A stretch of 64,000 nucleotides of DNA from Candidatus Woesearchaeota archaeon (lineage in GTDB: Archaea; Nanobdellota; Nanobdellia; Woesearchaeales; UBA583): assembly GCA_965205335.1 (NCBI GenBank), contig OZ242164.1:1024001-1088000 (forward strand), read 5' to 3'. Position 1 is the first letter of the stretch. Every line of letters starts with the position of its first letter. The translations under genes were made by a program, and so were the position numbers. The notes beneath the pieces are model-generated. The model was not told where the DNA came from and did no database searches. It saw only the letters and a list, made by a program, of their open reading frames with translations. Shown piece by piece: positions 41,657-51,135 of the stretch.

Positions 41657-43840
41657 TTAATTGTTCATAAGAAATCTTTTTTCAAAGCCTAAGACCTTGT
41701 TTTTAATTGCTTCAAGTTCATCTGGTGTTGAAATGTCTTTTATAAACAAAAGATCAATTTTATTTATGTATTCTGCAATTAAATCAATGTCTTTTTTCAC
41801 AATGATTGCTCCTGCTAATTTGCAGACTTCAAAGCATTTTTTTAGGTAATTTGGTTTTATGTCATCATCTATATACGATAGGTTTACAAGATACTTAAAC
41901 TTGTCGTCATAATCCATTAAAAAAAAGTCCCCTAATTTGTTTACAATATAATAATATTCTGTTAGTCCTTCTGTTTTAAGTCCAATTGGCAGGATATATT
42001 TCATATGAGGATTATTAATTTCATTAACTGATGAAGTAAAGTAATATATTTCCCCTTCTCCTGTAACCAGATTTAATGTGTTTGAATCAACAAAACAAGC
42101 TTGTGGGTTAAATTGCGGAGATGTGATTATTTTAGTTGCGAGAATATTGTTATATTTAGATGTATTAGAACTTGGGGTTATCTGGGGTGCTAAGTCAAAT
42201 GGTTTAATTTCTTGGGGGTTTGCATCATCTATTATAAGCGAACTTTTCAAAAAATCCTTATTGGGAGGTTCTCTTTGAATTTCATTTCCTGAAGAGTTAG
42301 AATTACCCTGCGGAATCTCTTGGAATGGTTCCTGAGAAGGATTATGTGAATCCTTATTTAGAACAGAATTTGCAAGCATGCCAATAGCACTTAGTTTTTC
42401 ATCTGATGAACCCCCAAATGATGAGAGATTTGATGTGTTTTCTGAATTGATTTTTGAGTTAGGGCTTGATATTATTTTTTCTGTAATGTTTGAAACTTGG
42501 GAAAAGTTATCGTATTCTTGTTTTTCTTGCGTTTTTGGAGTTGATAAATCTATATTTTTTAGTCTGTCTAAAAATTCATCTTTTTCTTCTTTTGGTTCTG
42601 AGATGATGTTTGAAAATGGATTGTTTTCAAATGGGGCTTCCTCTTGTTTATTTCCTATTTCAATATTTTCTAAGTCTAATTTAATTTCAAATGTTTTGTC
42701 TAAGTGATATTTGTAGTATATTATGTCTAAATCAAATTTCTCTCCAATGTAATCAAGAACAGGAGAGTAAAAGTTCTCAATAAAGATTAATCCATCAATT
42801 TTATTTAATATTTTAAAATTAGACAGTATTTCTTCTACTTCACTTGGATTTCTAATTAAGAGATATTTTGGATTGGGTAATATTTCATCTAAATTATCTC
42901 TTAGTCCAACAAGGGATATTCTATTGTATGATTTGGATGATTTGTTTAGGATTATTCCATTTAATGAGCCTTTTTCTAATTTGTTATCAACAAGCGATAT
43001 GTTTAGGATTCTAAGGTTTCCTTTCTTGTTTATGTATAATTCAATGATTGCATCATTTATGTCTTTTGTTGCTTTATTGATTGAAACTAAATCTCCATCT
43101 GATAGAATTTTTTTCTGTTTGTGTATTTCACTTTCATTTAATTTCGCGTGGTCTCTAAAAATTGCATGGGTTTGTGTGTTTTCAAAGAATTTAAATTCTT
43201 CTCCTTTTGAGTAATAAATCTCACTTCCAGTATAATAATCCACAGGAGTATTATTTGCAAATCCAAAGCTTGATGCAAGAATTAGTGAGATGTCTTCTTT
43301 TTTTAAGTAAATATGTTTGTATACATCTTCCGTTTCATATATTTCAAATTGAAAGTTCTTAATTTTTAATAATCTTTGTGAATTTCCCTCAAATTCTAAG
43401 TATTTTTTAAGAAGTTGTTTAATTGATGAGAGTATTGCTCCTTTTTCCTCAAAGTATCTTGTGTTAGAGAAATTTTCAGTTCTTAAAACTACATTGAACT
43501 TAGAGTTTGAAACTGAATTTATAAAACTGCAACCTTTTAGTTTTATATCCATCATATTTTCAGATATTAGATTTAGTTTTTCCTGAACTGATGCATAAAA
43601 GTCATTATCTAAGTTTGATTCAAGTAAATCTGATTCTAATGCATCATTGATTTTCTGCATATAAATCCTAGAATCAATATCTTTTAAATTTTCAAAGAAA
43701 TCCTTAACTTTTGAATCTTCAAAAGAAGATAGTACTTTTTCTGATGTGATTATTATTTTGTTTATGTTCCCAAACTGCTTATTTAAATTGTAATATATTA
43801 TATCATTCTCATTTCCTAATATTTCTAATTTATTTTCCAT
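41657..43840 (-). CDS. Degenerate PEP synthase/pyruvate-water dikinase-like protein
   Basis: Order and spacing of segments recall PpsA, but GGK, RSS, SFAG, GLGE and the phospho-His motif are absent. Confidence 0.45.
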   Translation of the reverse strand: MENKLEILGNENDIIYYNLNKQFGNINKIIITSEKVLSSFEDSKVKDFFENLKDIDSRIYMQKINDALESDLLESNLDNDFYASVQEKLNLISENMMDIKLKGCSFINSVSNSKFNVVLRTENFSNTRYFEEKGAILSSIKQLLKKYLEFEGNSQRLLKIKNFQFEIYETEDVYKHIYLKKEDISLILASSFGFANNTPVDYYTGSEIYYSKGEEFKFFENTQTHAIFRDHAKLNESEIHKQKKILSDGDLVSINKATKDINDAIIELYINKKGNLRILNISLVDNKLEKGSLNGIILNKSSKSYNRISLVGLRDNLDEILPNPKYLLIRNPSEVEEILSNFKILNKIDGLIFIENFYSPVLDYIGEKFDLDIIYYKYHLDKTFEIKLDLENIEIGNKQEEAPFENNPFSNIISEPKEEKDEFLDRLKNIDLSTPKTQEKQEYDNFSQVSNITEKIISSPNSKINSENTSNLSSFGGSSDEKLSAIGMLANSVLNKDSHNPSQEPFQEIPQGNSNSSGNEIQREPPNKDFLKSSLIIDDANPQEIKPFDLAPQITPSSNTSKYNNILATKIITSPQFNPQACFVDSNTLNLVTGEGEIYYFTSSVNEINNPHMKYILPIGLKTEGLTEYYYIVNKLGDFFLMDYDDKFKYLVNLSYIDDDIKPNYLKKCFEVCKLAGAIIVKKDIDLIAEYINKIDLLFIKDISTPDELEAIKNKVLGFEKRFLMNN

Positions 43841-43913
43841 AGTGCTTTTCTGATAGAAATCTTTTTAAAATTTTCTTGAATTGTGTGGTAATAACAAATT
43901 ATAAGATATGATA

Positions 43914-44792
43914 TTATTGTTTGTTTATGTCTTCAAAAACTTTGTAGAGTGCCTGAGTTCCAAGATTTTCATAACCGCTATCTTTTGCCTTTAGATAGAA
44001 CTCATACGCTAATTTTAAGCCCGGAAGATGAAGGTTCATTTTTGACGCTTCGTCTAATGCTATGCCCATATCTTTGATGAAGTGCTTTATGTAAAATCCT
44101 GGTTCAAAATCATTTTTAACTATTCTTGAGCCCATATTAATTAACTGCCATGAACTTGCAGAACCTCCACCAATTACTTTAAGCACCTTGTTAAGGTCAA
44201 GTCCTGTTCTGTATGCATACATAAGGGTTTCAACTGTTCCTATAATAGTTGATGCAATTGATATTTGGTTTGCCATTTTTGTGTGCTGACCTGAACCTGC
44301 GGGTCCCATATATTGTATGTTTTTTCCCATGATTTTAAATAATGGTTTTATTTTCTCAAAAATTTGTATGTCTCCTCCTACCATAATTGAGAGAGTGCCA
44401 TCTTTTGCGCCAATATCACCTCCTGATACAGGAGCATCTAATGAGTGAATTCCTTTTTTTTTTGCTTTTTTGTAAATCTTCATCGCAAGTTCTGGTTTGG
44501 ATGTTGTCATATCAATTAATATTGAATCTTTTTTTGCACCTAAGAGAATTCCTGATGAGCCTAAGATTACGTTTTCAACATCATCTGGGTAACCTACCAT
44601 TGTAAATATTATGTCACATTTTTTGGCAAGTTCTTTTGGATTTATAGACCAAATTGCTCCTTTTTGTATGAGATTTTGACATTTGCTTTTTGTTCTTGAA
44701 TGCACATAGAGTTTGTATCCTCTATTCTGCAAGTGCAATGCCATAGCATTTCCCATAACACCAGTTCCAATCCAGCCAATTTTTATATTCAT
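43914..44792 (-). CDS. NAD(P)-dependent beta-hydroxyacid dehydrogenase (MmsB/GarR family)
   Basis: IGWIGTGVMG, LDAPVSGGD.GA, GQHTKMANQI, F.PGF.IKHFIKDMGIAL. Confidence 0.93.
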   Translation of the reverse strand: MNIKIGWIGTGVMGNAMALHLQNRGYKLYVHSRTKSKCQNLIQKGAIWSINPKELAKKCDIIFTMVGYPDDVENVILGSSGILLGAKKDSILIDMTTSKPELAMKIYKKAKKKGIHSLDAPVSGGDIGAKDGTLSIMVGGDIQIFEKIKPLFKIMGKNIQYMGPAGSGQHTKMANQISIASTIIGTVETLMYAYRTGLDLNKVLKVIGGGSASSWQLINMGSRIVKNDFEPGFYIKHFIKDMGIALDEASKMNLHLPGLKLAYEFYLKAKDSGYENLGTQALYKVFEDINKQ

Positions 44793-44899
44793 TTTTCAAA
44801 TTAAAGATTTGTCATAAGTTTTTAAAAATTTTGAAATTTATGAAAGTTCTATTATTATACTATAAGTACAGATAATTTCTTATATCTTATAAGTTTTAC

Positions 44900-44940
44900 T
44901 GTGTAGTGCAGTGACATATGTCACCAGTCTAAAAATTAAC
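44900..44940 (+). mobile_element. Solo IS481 left end
   Basis: TGTGTAGTGCAGTGACATATGTCACCAGTCTAAAAATTAAC; last 30 nt identical to 2932-2961. Confidence 0.85.
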
Positions 44941-44988
44941 GATTAAATAGGTAAATTTATAAAAAAATTAGAAGTCCATATTATAATA

Positions 44989-46128
44989 ATGGAGACAGAT
45001 TATGAAAACAGAGTTTTAACATTATCAAATATGATAGTTAAACACTTAGAAAGGTTAGTTGAGGGACAAGAATCCCCCAAGGAAGTTTATACTTATGCGG
45101 AATACATATGGTTGGATGGCTCCAACCCACAGCAACTGAGATGTAAAATTAGGATTTTAAATCGTCTGAACTCTCCTAAGTTGGAGGATTTTCCTGTTTG
45201 GAGTTTTGATGGTTCCAGTACGGGACAGGCTAAAGGGAGTGACTCCGATTGTGAAATAAGACCAGTCTATGTGGTGAGAGATCCTTTAAGAGGGCAGGGG
45301 AACTATCTGGTGTTATGCGAAGTTTTTCATTTGGATGGAAGGCCTCATGAGACTAACACAAGACGAGAGCTCTATCGGATGATGAAAGAGCAGGGGGGCG
45401 ATGATTTTGAAGTGTATATAGGCTTTGAACAAGAGTACACTCTTGTAAACCAGAAAGGCACTCCTTTAGGTTTTCCTGAATCAGGCTATCCATCTCCACA
45501 GGGTCCCTACTACTGTGGTGTGGGAGCTTCCAAGGCTTTTGGAAGACAGATCATAGAAGAACATTTGCGGCTTTGTGTGGAAGCGGGACTGAGTATATAT
45601 GGAATTAATGGAGAGGTGATGCCTGGACAGTGGGAATTTCAGATTGGGTATCGGGGAGATAAGGAGGGCGCTGATCCTTTGAGTGTTTCGGATCAACTTT
45701 GGGTAGCTCGTTATCTCTTAGAAAGATTAGCAGAAAACTACAAAGTAGACGTGAGTTATTCCAACAAGCCTGTTAAGGGGGACTGGAATGGAGCAGGCAT
45801 GCACACCAATTTCTCCACTAAGTTCATGAGGGACTCGCAGGAAGGGTCGCAGGCCGTTCAGAAGGCCATTGAGACTTTGAAGGCTCGTCATGATATTCAT
45901 ATTCAAGATTACGGTCAGGGTTTAGGTGAGAGGCTAACAGGGGTTCATGAAACTTGTTCCATTGATACTTTCACGAGTGGGGTCTCTGATAGGGGAGCTT
46001 CTGTGCGTATTCCTCCCAAGACCTCTCAGAAGGGCTATGGCTACATCGAAGATCGCCGACCGGGTGCTAATGCGGATCCCTACAAGATATCTATTTGTCT
46101 TGTGGGGAGTATTTGCGGTCTGGCTTAA
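44989..46128 (+). CDS. glnII: Glutamine synthetase type II, high GC, likely horizontally acquired
   Basis: AEYIWLDG, WSFDGSSTGQA, QGPYYCGVG, EVMPGQWEFQIG, DWNGAGMHTNFST, RLTG.HET, EDRRP.AN.DPY. Confidence 0.93.
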   Translation: METDYENRVLTLSNMIVKHLERLVEGQESPKEVYTYAEYIWLDGSNPQQLRCKIRILNRLNSPKLEDFPVWSFDGSSTGQAKGSDSDCEIRPVYVVRDPLRGQGNYLVLCEVFHLDGRPHETNTRRELYRMMKEQGGDDFEVYIGFEQEYTLVNQKGTPLGFPESGYPSPQGPYYCGVGASKAFGRQIIEEHLRLCVEAGLSIYGINGEVMPGQWEFQIGYRGDKEGADPLSVSDQLWVARYLLERLAENYKVDVSYSNKPVKGDWNGAGMHTNFSTKFMRDSQEGSQAVQKAIETLKARHDIHIQDYGQGLGERLTGVHETCSIDTFTSGVSDRGASVRIPPKTSQKGYGYIEDRRPGANADPYKISICLVGSICGLA

Positions 46129-46335
46129 AGGAAAACTCTTCCCACTGTTGGGCCCAGAACAAATTTATAAATATAATTTTTATATGTCTTGTTTTTTCCT
46201 ATATTTTATTGGTTTTACACCTCTTATGTTTTTATTCTTTGAATTCATGTAATTGGAAGATAAACTTGATTTATAAATACTCTTGTATATTCTTAATGTA
46301 ATTTGAATTTGAAATCTAAAGAGAGAAGTACTGGA

Positions 46336-46479
46336 ATGAAAGTTCTTGCAGTAGTCTTAATTGTGATGGTTTTGGTTAATTTCTTTTTTATGATTATAGG
46401 AAAGATTAGCTTAACATGGTTCTGGATAATCTTAGTATTTTTCTTTCTTATTGTTAAATTGTTATTTGGTAAAAAGTAA
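46336..46479 (+). CDS. Small two-TM membrane protein (47 aa)
   Basis: MKVLAVVLIVMVLVNFFFMIIGKISLTWFWIILVFFFLIVKLLFGKK. Confidence 0.6.
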   Translation: MKVLAVVLIVMVLVNFFFMIIGKISLTWFWIILVFFFLIVKLLFGKK

Positions 46480-46506
46480 TATAAATCCCAAAGTTTTAGG
46501 ATTGTT

Positions 46507-47664
46507 ATGAAGGCTGATGAAAAGAAAAGGATTTTAAGTAAGACAAAAATTGATTTTTACAGGCAGGTTAAGTTGTATCAGTCCACTCTGAAACCAACTA
46601 AGGAAATTGAAGGGGTTGGAAGCGCTTTAATTGTTGGTGAGAAAAATTATCCTTCTCTTAAAATGCACAGTGTGTCAACGAAGGATAGGGAAAATTCTTT
46701 TTTCAAGTCATCAGAGGTTGTTAAGAAAGAGTATTTTGATATCTTCAAGTTAAAGGCTAAAAATATTTTAGGTTCAACTGATAATTCACATATTAGAAAA
46801 GTGGATTCAAGGATTAAGAAGGAGATTTCAGATATTTACAAGTCTAAGTCAGAGATTGAGTTCACATCAGAATTTGAAAAGGAATTAAAGTTTGATAAAG
46901 TAGTTTTGAATAAGGTGTCTGGGATTGTTGGTTCAAAGAATCCTCTTCTTTCTCTTTTGGCAAATGAGAATACTAAGACATCAAAACAAATTGAGAAGTA
47001 TACTGAGCATGATGTTAAGACAAAGGATGCTCTTATTTCTTTGTATGAGAGAGGTGTTAATGAATCCCAAATAATTCATCTTTTGTCTCTCGGGGAATTT
47101 GGTGTAAGTGTTAATAGAAAACTTGTTCCAACGAGATGGGCAATTACTGCTTATGATAAGTGTATTGAGAGTTATCTTCATAAGAGAATTATTGGTTATA
47201 ATGTAATTAAGAATTATGAGATATATTTTTATAAAAATAAGTCTGATACTCATATTATTATTTTTCTGCCTGATATTTATAGGGCAGAGCATATTGAAGA
47301 TTGGGAGGGGAAAGTAGGAAGAGATTATGTAGGCTTTGATAATAAACTAAAAACAAGTGAGCCAAATAATGCGGGAGGATATTATGCTACCAAGATTTCT
47401 GTTAATGAGTTTTTAGATAATAAGAAGAGGCAGGCAAGTTTTATTGCCATTCGTGTTATAAGCGAGTATGAAGTTCCTTTGGGAGTTATTTTTGTGCGTG
47501 AATGTGTTCGCGAGTGTTTGAAAAATAAAGTGTTTGAAACTTGTGATTTAAATGAAGTCCACAAATATTTAAGAGAGAATTATCCTGCTTTTTATAATCA
47601 TTTTATTAAGAGCAAAGTTGTAGATGAGATTGGGAAACAAAGCAAGTTAGATGAGTTTTTTTAG
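46507..47664 (+). CDS. nreA: Nre-family DNA repair protein with C-terminal PIP box
   Basis: VGEKNYP, RKLVPTRWAITAYD, GGYYA, Y.VPLGV..VRECVR, QSKLDEFF. Confidence 0.9.
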   Translation: MKADEKKRILSKTKIDFYRQVKLYQSTLKPTKEIEGVGSALIVGEKNYPSLKMHSVSTKDRENSFFKSSEVVKKEYFDIFKLKAKNILGSTDNSHIRKVDSRIKKEISDIYKSKSEIEFTSEFEKELKFDKVVLNKVSGIVGSKNPLLSLLANENTKTSKQIEKYTEHDVKTKDALISLYERGVNESQIIHLLSLGEFGVSVNRKLVPTRWAITAYDKCIESYLHKRIIGYNVIKNYEIYFYKNKSDTHIIIFLPDIYRAEHIEDWEGKVGRDYVGFDNKLKTSEPNNAGGYYATKISVNEFLDNKKRQASFIAIRVISEYEVPLGVIFVRECVRECLKNKVFETCDLNEVHKYLRENYPAFYNHFIKSKVVDEIGKQSKLDEFF

Positions 47665-47667
47665 ATT

Positions 47668-48147
47668 CTATTTTGTAACACAGACTCTTGGTTTTTTAAT
47701 TATTTTTCCATTTAATTTATAACCTTTCTTAACTGTTTTAATTATCATCCCCATTTTCATTCCTTTAGCATCAGAGTATGAGGCAATTTCATACATTTCT
47801 GGATTATATTTTTCTTCATCTGCTGATATGCTTTCAAGGTTTAATTGTTTCATCATTTCATTAACAAGTTTCTGTGTGGTATTAACATCTATTAGCAGTC
47901 TTTGAATATTTTTATCTAAGCTATTTACTTTAAATGAATCGTTTTTTGTTATTTCAATAGATTCAGCTATTTTAATTAGATTTTTTGCAGATTCAAAATC
48001 AATTCTTTCTTTTTGTATGTTTAATTCATCTTTATGTTTGTTTTTTAGTTTTGCATTTTCTAATTTAATTTGAGAGTATCTGTAATATAATGCTTCATAT
48101 CTATCGTCGTTACCTGAAAATGCCTCTTTGATTTTTCGAAATACCAT
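47668..48147 (-). CDS. grpE: GrpE nucleotide exchange factor-like protein
   Basis: Coiled-coil N-terminus, YNPEMYE, KKGYKLNGKIIKKPRVCV. Confidence 0.8.
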   Translation of the reverse strand: MVFRKIKEAFSGNDDRYEALYYRYSQIKLENAKLKNKHKDELNIQKERIDFESAKNLIKIAESIEITKNDSFKVNSLDKNIQRLLIDVNTTQKLVNEMMKQLNLESISADEEKYNPEMYEIASYSDAKGMKMGMIIKTVKKGYKLNGKIIKKPRVCVTK

Positions 48148-48220
48148 AGATATTTGATAATTCAAACATTTATAAAACTTACGAGGAAAAGTTCAACTTT
48201 TGGATATTTTAGATTAATGA

Positions 48221-48330
48221 AAAAAGCTCCCTGCCAGGATTTGAAGCTATTTTTCGCTTTAGCTAAAAATAGTTCCGAGCGAAAACAAAGTTTGAGCGAA
48301 CGAATAATGGTGAAAATCCCATAGGGGTAA
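48221..48330 (-). repeat. tRNA 3'-end duplication with internal hairpin (mini-element)
   Basis: Minus-strand TTCAAATCCTGGCAGGGAGCTTTTT resembles the tRNA-Glu 3' end; hairpin CTATTTTT..GC/GC..AAAAATAG. Confidence 0.55.
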
Positions 48331-48344
48331 ATATTTAGAAAAAG

Positions 48345-48419
48345 CCCCCCCGTCGGGATTTGAACCCGAGTCGTTGCCTCGAGAGGGCAACATGATTGGC
48401 CGAACTACACTACAGGGGG
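48345..48419 (-). tRNA. tRNA-Glu(CTC)
   Basis: Minus strand CCCCCTG...TTGCC-CTCTCGA-GGCAA anticodon arm, TCGGG-TTCAAAT-CCCGA T arm. Confidence 0.92.
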
Positions 48420-48525
48420 ATAGTTCAATAAGAAAGGTAAAAGTGAGAGGTTTAAAAGTTTTTTGTGTTTGTACGAACTTCAAACGTAGATTTAGACCCA
48501 CCCCCTTAAAAGAGGGTGACATCTC

Positions 48526-49509
48526 TGTGTTGTCCTAATTCTTTTTCCCACTTTTATTACCTCCAATCATTTTTATAAACCTACCTAATGTCCATGGCAT
48601 TAATTCACGCCAGAACACTTGTTCAGGCGTATCAAAATCCAAGCTACCATGCGGTCTATGATTATACCTGTCCATAAATTCATTAAATGTGTTGAATTTC
48701 TGTCTATGAAGTTCATAGGTATGATTCCACTTCTCAAACTTACCATTGGTTTGAGGGTGTTTATATCTACATTTTGAATGTGTAATTCCTAACCTGGCAA
48801 GGACTCTTTGGAACTCAGATATGCCCTGCTGTTTACCCTCTTGCTTATTTGCATAAAACTGACTGCCTCTATCAGTCAAACAAATATCAATTGGTCTTAT
48901 ATTCAAATACGTTTTGTAAGCTTGTTTGATCAACCCAATATTGTGTTTTGCTTCTTGTTTTTTGAACTCGCCTCCACAAAGGATTTTCCTTGATTTATCA
49001 TCTAAGACCGCACACATCCACATTTGCAAATGTGAATTATAGTGCCAATCCATATGAACCATATCTAAAGACCATGGTTTTTCATAACGAATCCATGGCT
49101 TTCTTCTCTTTTGCTTTTTAGGATTGGCAGTTGCTTTATTATTTGCAAGTAACACAATATGAACATAGTTATTTGCAATTTTAAAGTTTTCTTTCTTACG
49201 CAGATATTGAGAAATGTAATTTGCTCCAAACCCTAGTTTTGAATGCAAAGAAAGAATTCTTCTTTCTAAACTTCTAGGATAGACTCTTTTTGGTTTCATG
49301 CCATTCTTCTGCAAAATAGGAAGTAACCCTGTTTTCTTAAATTCTAAGAAAAGTTGATTAACTCTTCTTTTACTAATATTGAACTGCTTAGCAATAAAAA
49401 CAGATGAAACACCTTTATTCTTACGCTTAATTATCTTTTCAATGTCCAAAGCATTTAGTTTCATAAAAGACTCAATTTCCAAAGTGGGAAATTTTTTGCG
49501 GACAACACA
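48526..49509 (-). mobile_element. IS481-family element, 984 bp, apparently intact
   Basis: TGTGTTGTCC...TTTCCCACTTT imperfect TIRs; 15-bp TSD AGAGGGTGACATCTC (48511-48525, 49510-49524). Confidence 0.95.
48535..49464 (-). CDS. IS481-family DDE transposase
   Basis: N-terminal HTH; VHMDW, LDDKSR, TDRGSQF, HPQTNGKFEK, YNHRPHGSL..TP. Confidence 0.93.
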   Translation of the reverse strand: MKLNALDIEKIIKRKNKGVSSVFIAKQFNISKRRVNQLFLEFKKTGLLPILQKNGMKPKRVYPRSLERRILSLHSKLGFGANYISQYLRKKENFKIANNYVHIVLLANNKATANPKKQKRRKPWIRYEKPWSLDMVHMDWHYNSHLQMWMCAVLDDKSRKILCGGEFKKQEAKHNIGLIKQAYKTYLNIRPIDICLTDRGSQFYANKQEGKQQGISEFQRVLARLGITHSKCRYKHPQTNGKFEKWNHTYELHRQKFNTFNEFMDRYNHRPHGSLDFDTPEQVFWRELMPWTLGRFIKMIGGNKSGKKN

Positions 49510-49577
49510 AGAGGGTGACATCTCCGAAAGAGTTATAAATTAAAAAATCCATAAAATTGTAAGAGGTGAGTTTGCGA

Positions 49578-50702
49578 ATGTTAAGAAATTATTTTGAAGT
49601 GGATGAAAATACAAGTGTTACTGGCTTTTTAAGGGAAATTAATGAAAAGAAGAATTCTCAATATATTATTCTTGATACTGATAAGGGACATTTTGTTGAT
49701 TTGAGAAATATTGCCTTAAATGTTACAGATTCAGGAGAAAAATTAAAGAATATTAAAAAAACTCTTTCTAAGTGTGAAGGGAATACTGATTTAGAACATT
49801 TAGAACATATGATTAAATGCGGTGATATAGTCATAGAAACAAGTAATGGCGTTTATGATTTTCTTGATGCTATTGACTGGATTTTGGAACGGGGTTTTGA
49901 TTTTTTAGATGAGCCTATTTCAAATATAAGCAAAAAAGAAATCTATGCCCTTGAGGGAGATGAGAAAATTTCTACTGCAAAGAGGATCCTGCTTGATAAT
50001 AATATTAATATTCTTCCGATTATTGATTCAGATTTAAATGTGGTTGGTGAAGTTAGGACAATTGATTTTTTGGCATCTGATTTGTTTTCCAATGATGTTT
50101 CAGGAAAGAGTGGGTTTTATAATAAGAAGTATAAAGAATCCGCTATGAACATGAGTGTTTCAAATTTGATGAATGGAAAGCCACATCTAATAGACAAAAA
50201 TTTAAAGATTCGTGATGCAGTTATGTTGATGAGCGAGAAATCTCTACCTTCTGTAATTGTTGTGGATTCAAATAAACTTCATTCTGTTATTTCGTATAAG
50301 GATGTGTTTAAGATAATTAAAAATTCACTTGATGGTTCTGGTTATTCAATTGAGTTTGTGGGCAGTTCAAATTTATATGAAGATGAGTTTGATATAATTG
50401 AGAAAGCTGCAAAAAAGTCAATGGAGAAAATTTCAAAAATAAGTGAGTATAATAATTTGAAGATAACTTTTAAAGTGCTTGGGAATACTCTTGGTTCTCA
50501 TCAGAAAAAAGTCCATATGAAGTTTCTTTTATTAGTGGGGAAAAAAGTAATTTCTATTGATAAGGAGATATCAACTGGAACATCAGATGAGGTTTACAAT
50601 AATAAGAAAAAAGATTCTTGGAATATTCCACAGATGGCTTCTGAGGCGTTTAGGTCTTTAGAGAATAAGGTTAAATCAAAGAAAAGTAGGTTGAAGAGAT
50701 AG
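49578..50702 (+). CDS. CBS-domain protein with C-terminal HPF/RaiA-like domain (candidate ribosome hibernation factor)
   Basis: CBS pairs (NINILPIID..VVGEV, LPSVIVVD...VISYKDV); C-terminal alpha/beta domain ending W....A.EAF..LE. Confidence 0.7.
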   Translation: MLRNYFEVDENTSVTGFLREINEKKNSQYIILDTDKGHFVDLRNIALNVTDSGEKLKNIKKTLSKCEGNTDLEHLEHMIKCGDIVIETSNGVYDFLDAIDWILERGFDFLDEPISNISKKEIYALEGDEKISTAKRILLDNNINILPIIDSDLNVVGEVRTIDFLASDLFSNDVSGKSGFYNKKYKESAMNMSVSNLMNGKPHLIDKNLKIRDAVMLMSEKSLPSVIVVDSNKLHSVISYKDVFKIIKNSLDGSGYSIEFVGSSNLYEDEFDIIEKAAKKSMEKISKISEYNNLKITFKVLGNTLGSHQKKVHMKFLLLVGKKVISIDKEISTGTSDEVYNNKKKDSWNIPQMASEAFRSLENKVKSKKSRLKR

Positions 50703-50790
50703 GTTAGTTTTTTTAGGTACACTTATATGTGGGATTTGATTTGTAATGTTTAATCTTGATCTTATGAAATCAAAGATTGAAGATAAACTT

Positions 50791-50877
50791 AATGGTGAGT
50801 TGCTGTGAAGATGCGAGATAGTTAAATAGTTGTATCAAAGTGGAGAGTTAGAAGAAGTTCTTGGGATTAAGAATTAA
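50791..50877 (+). pseudogene. Monothiol glutaredoxin (Grx4-like) C-terminal relic
   Basis: NGELL*RCEIVK*LYQSGELEEVL versus consensus NGELxGGCDIVxELYxSGEL; single-base changes explain the stops. Confidence 0.65.
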
Positions 50878-50984
50878 CAAGAGTTAAAAATTTTAGATTT
50901 TTATTTTGAAGGAAATTTTATATATTTATTATTTATATTCTAATAATATTTATAAACACAAACAAATTAATTCTATTGTGTAAT

Positions 50985-51056
50985 GGCGGGGTGGCCAAGT
51001 GGTTAAGGCAAGAGGCTGCAACCCTCTGATCGGGAGTTCGAATCTCCCCTCCGCCT
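50985..51056 (+). tRNA. tRNA-Cys(GCA)
   Basis: GGCGGGG/CTCCGCC acceptor, AGAGG-CTGCAAC-CCTCT anticodon arm, GTTCGAATC. Confidence 0.95.
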
Positions 51057-51135
51057 TTTGTTTTTTGCAAGAAACTATTTTTTACCCAAAGTAACATCTA
51101 AAAAGATTTATAAACTTATAAGTGTGGAGTAATTT

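Noticed and set aside
48259-48522. 87-aa ORF
   Set aside because: Overlaps tRNA-Glu and its promoter; spurious
48490-48525. IS200/IS605 end or omega-RNA hairpin
   Set aside because: Only a short hairpin; no tnpA or tnpB remnant visible
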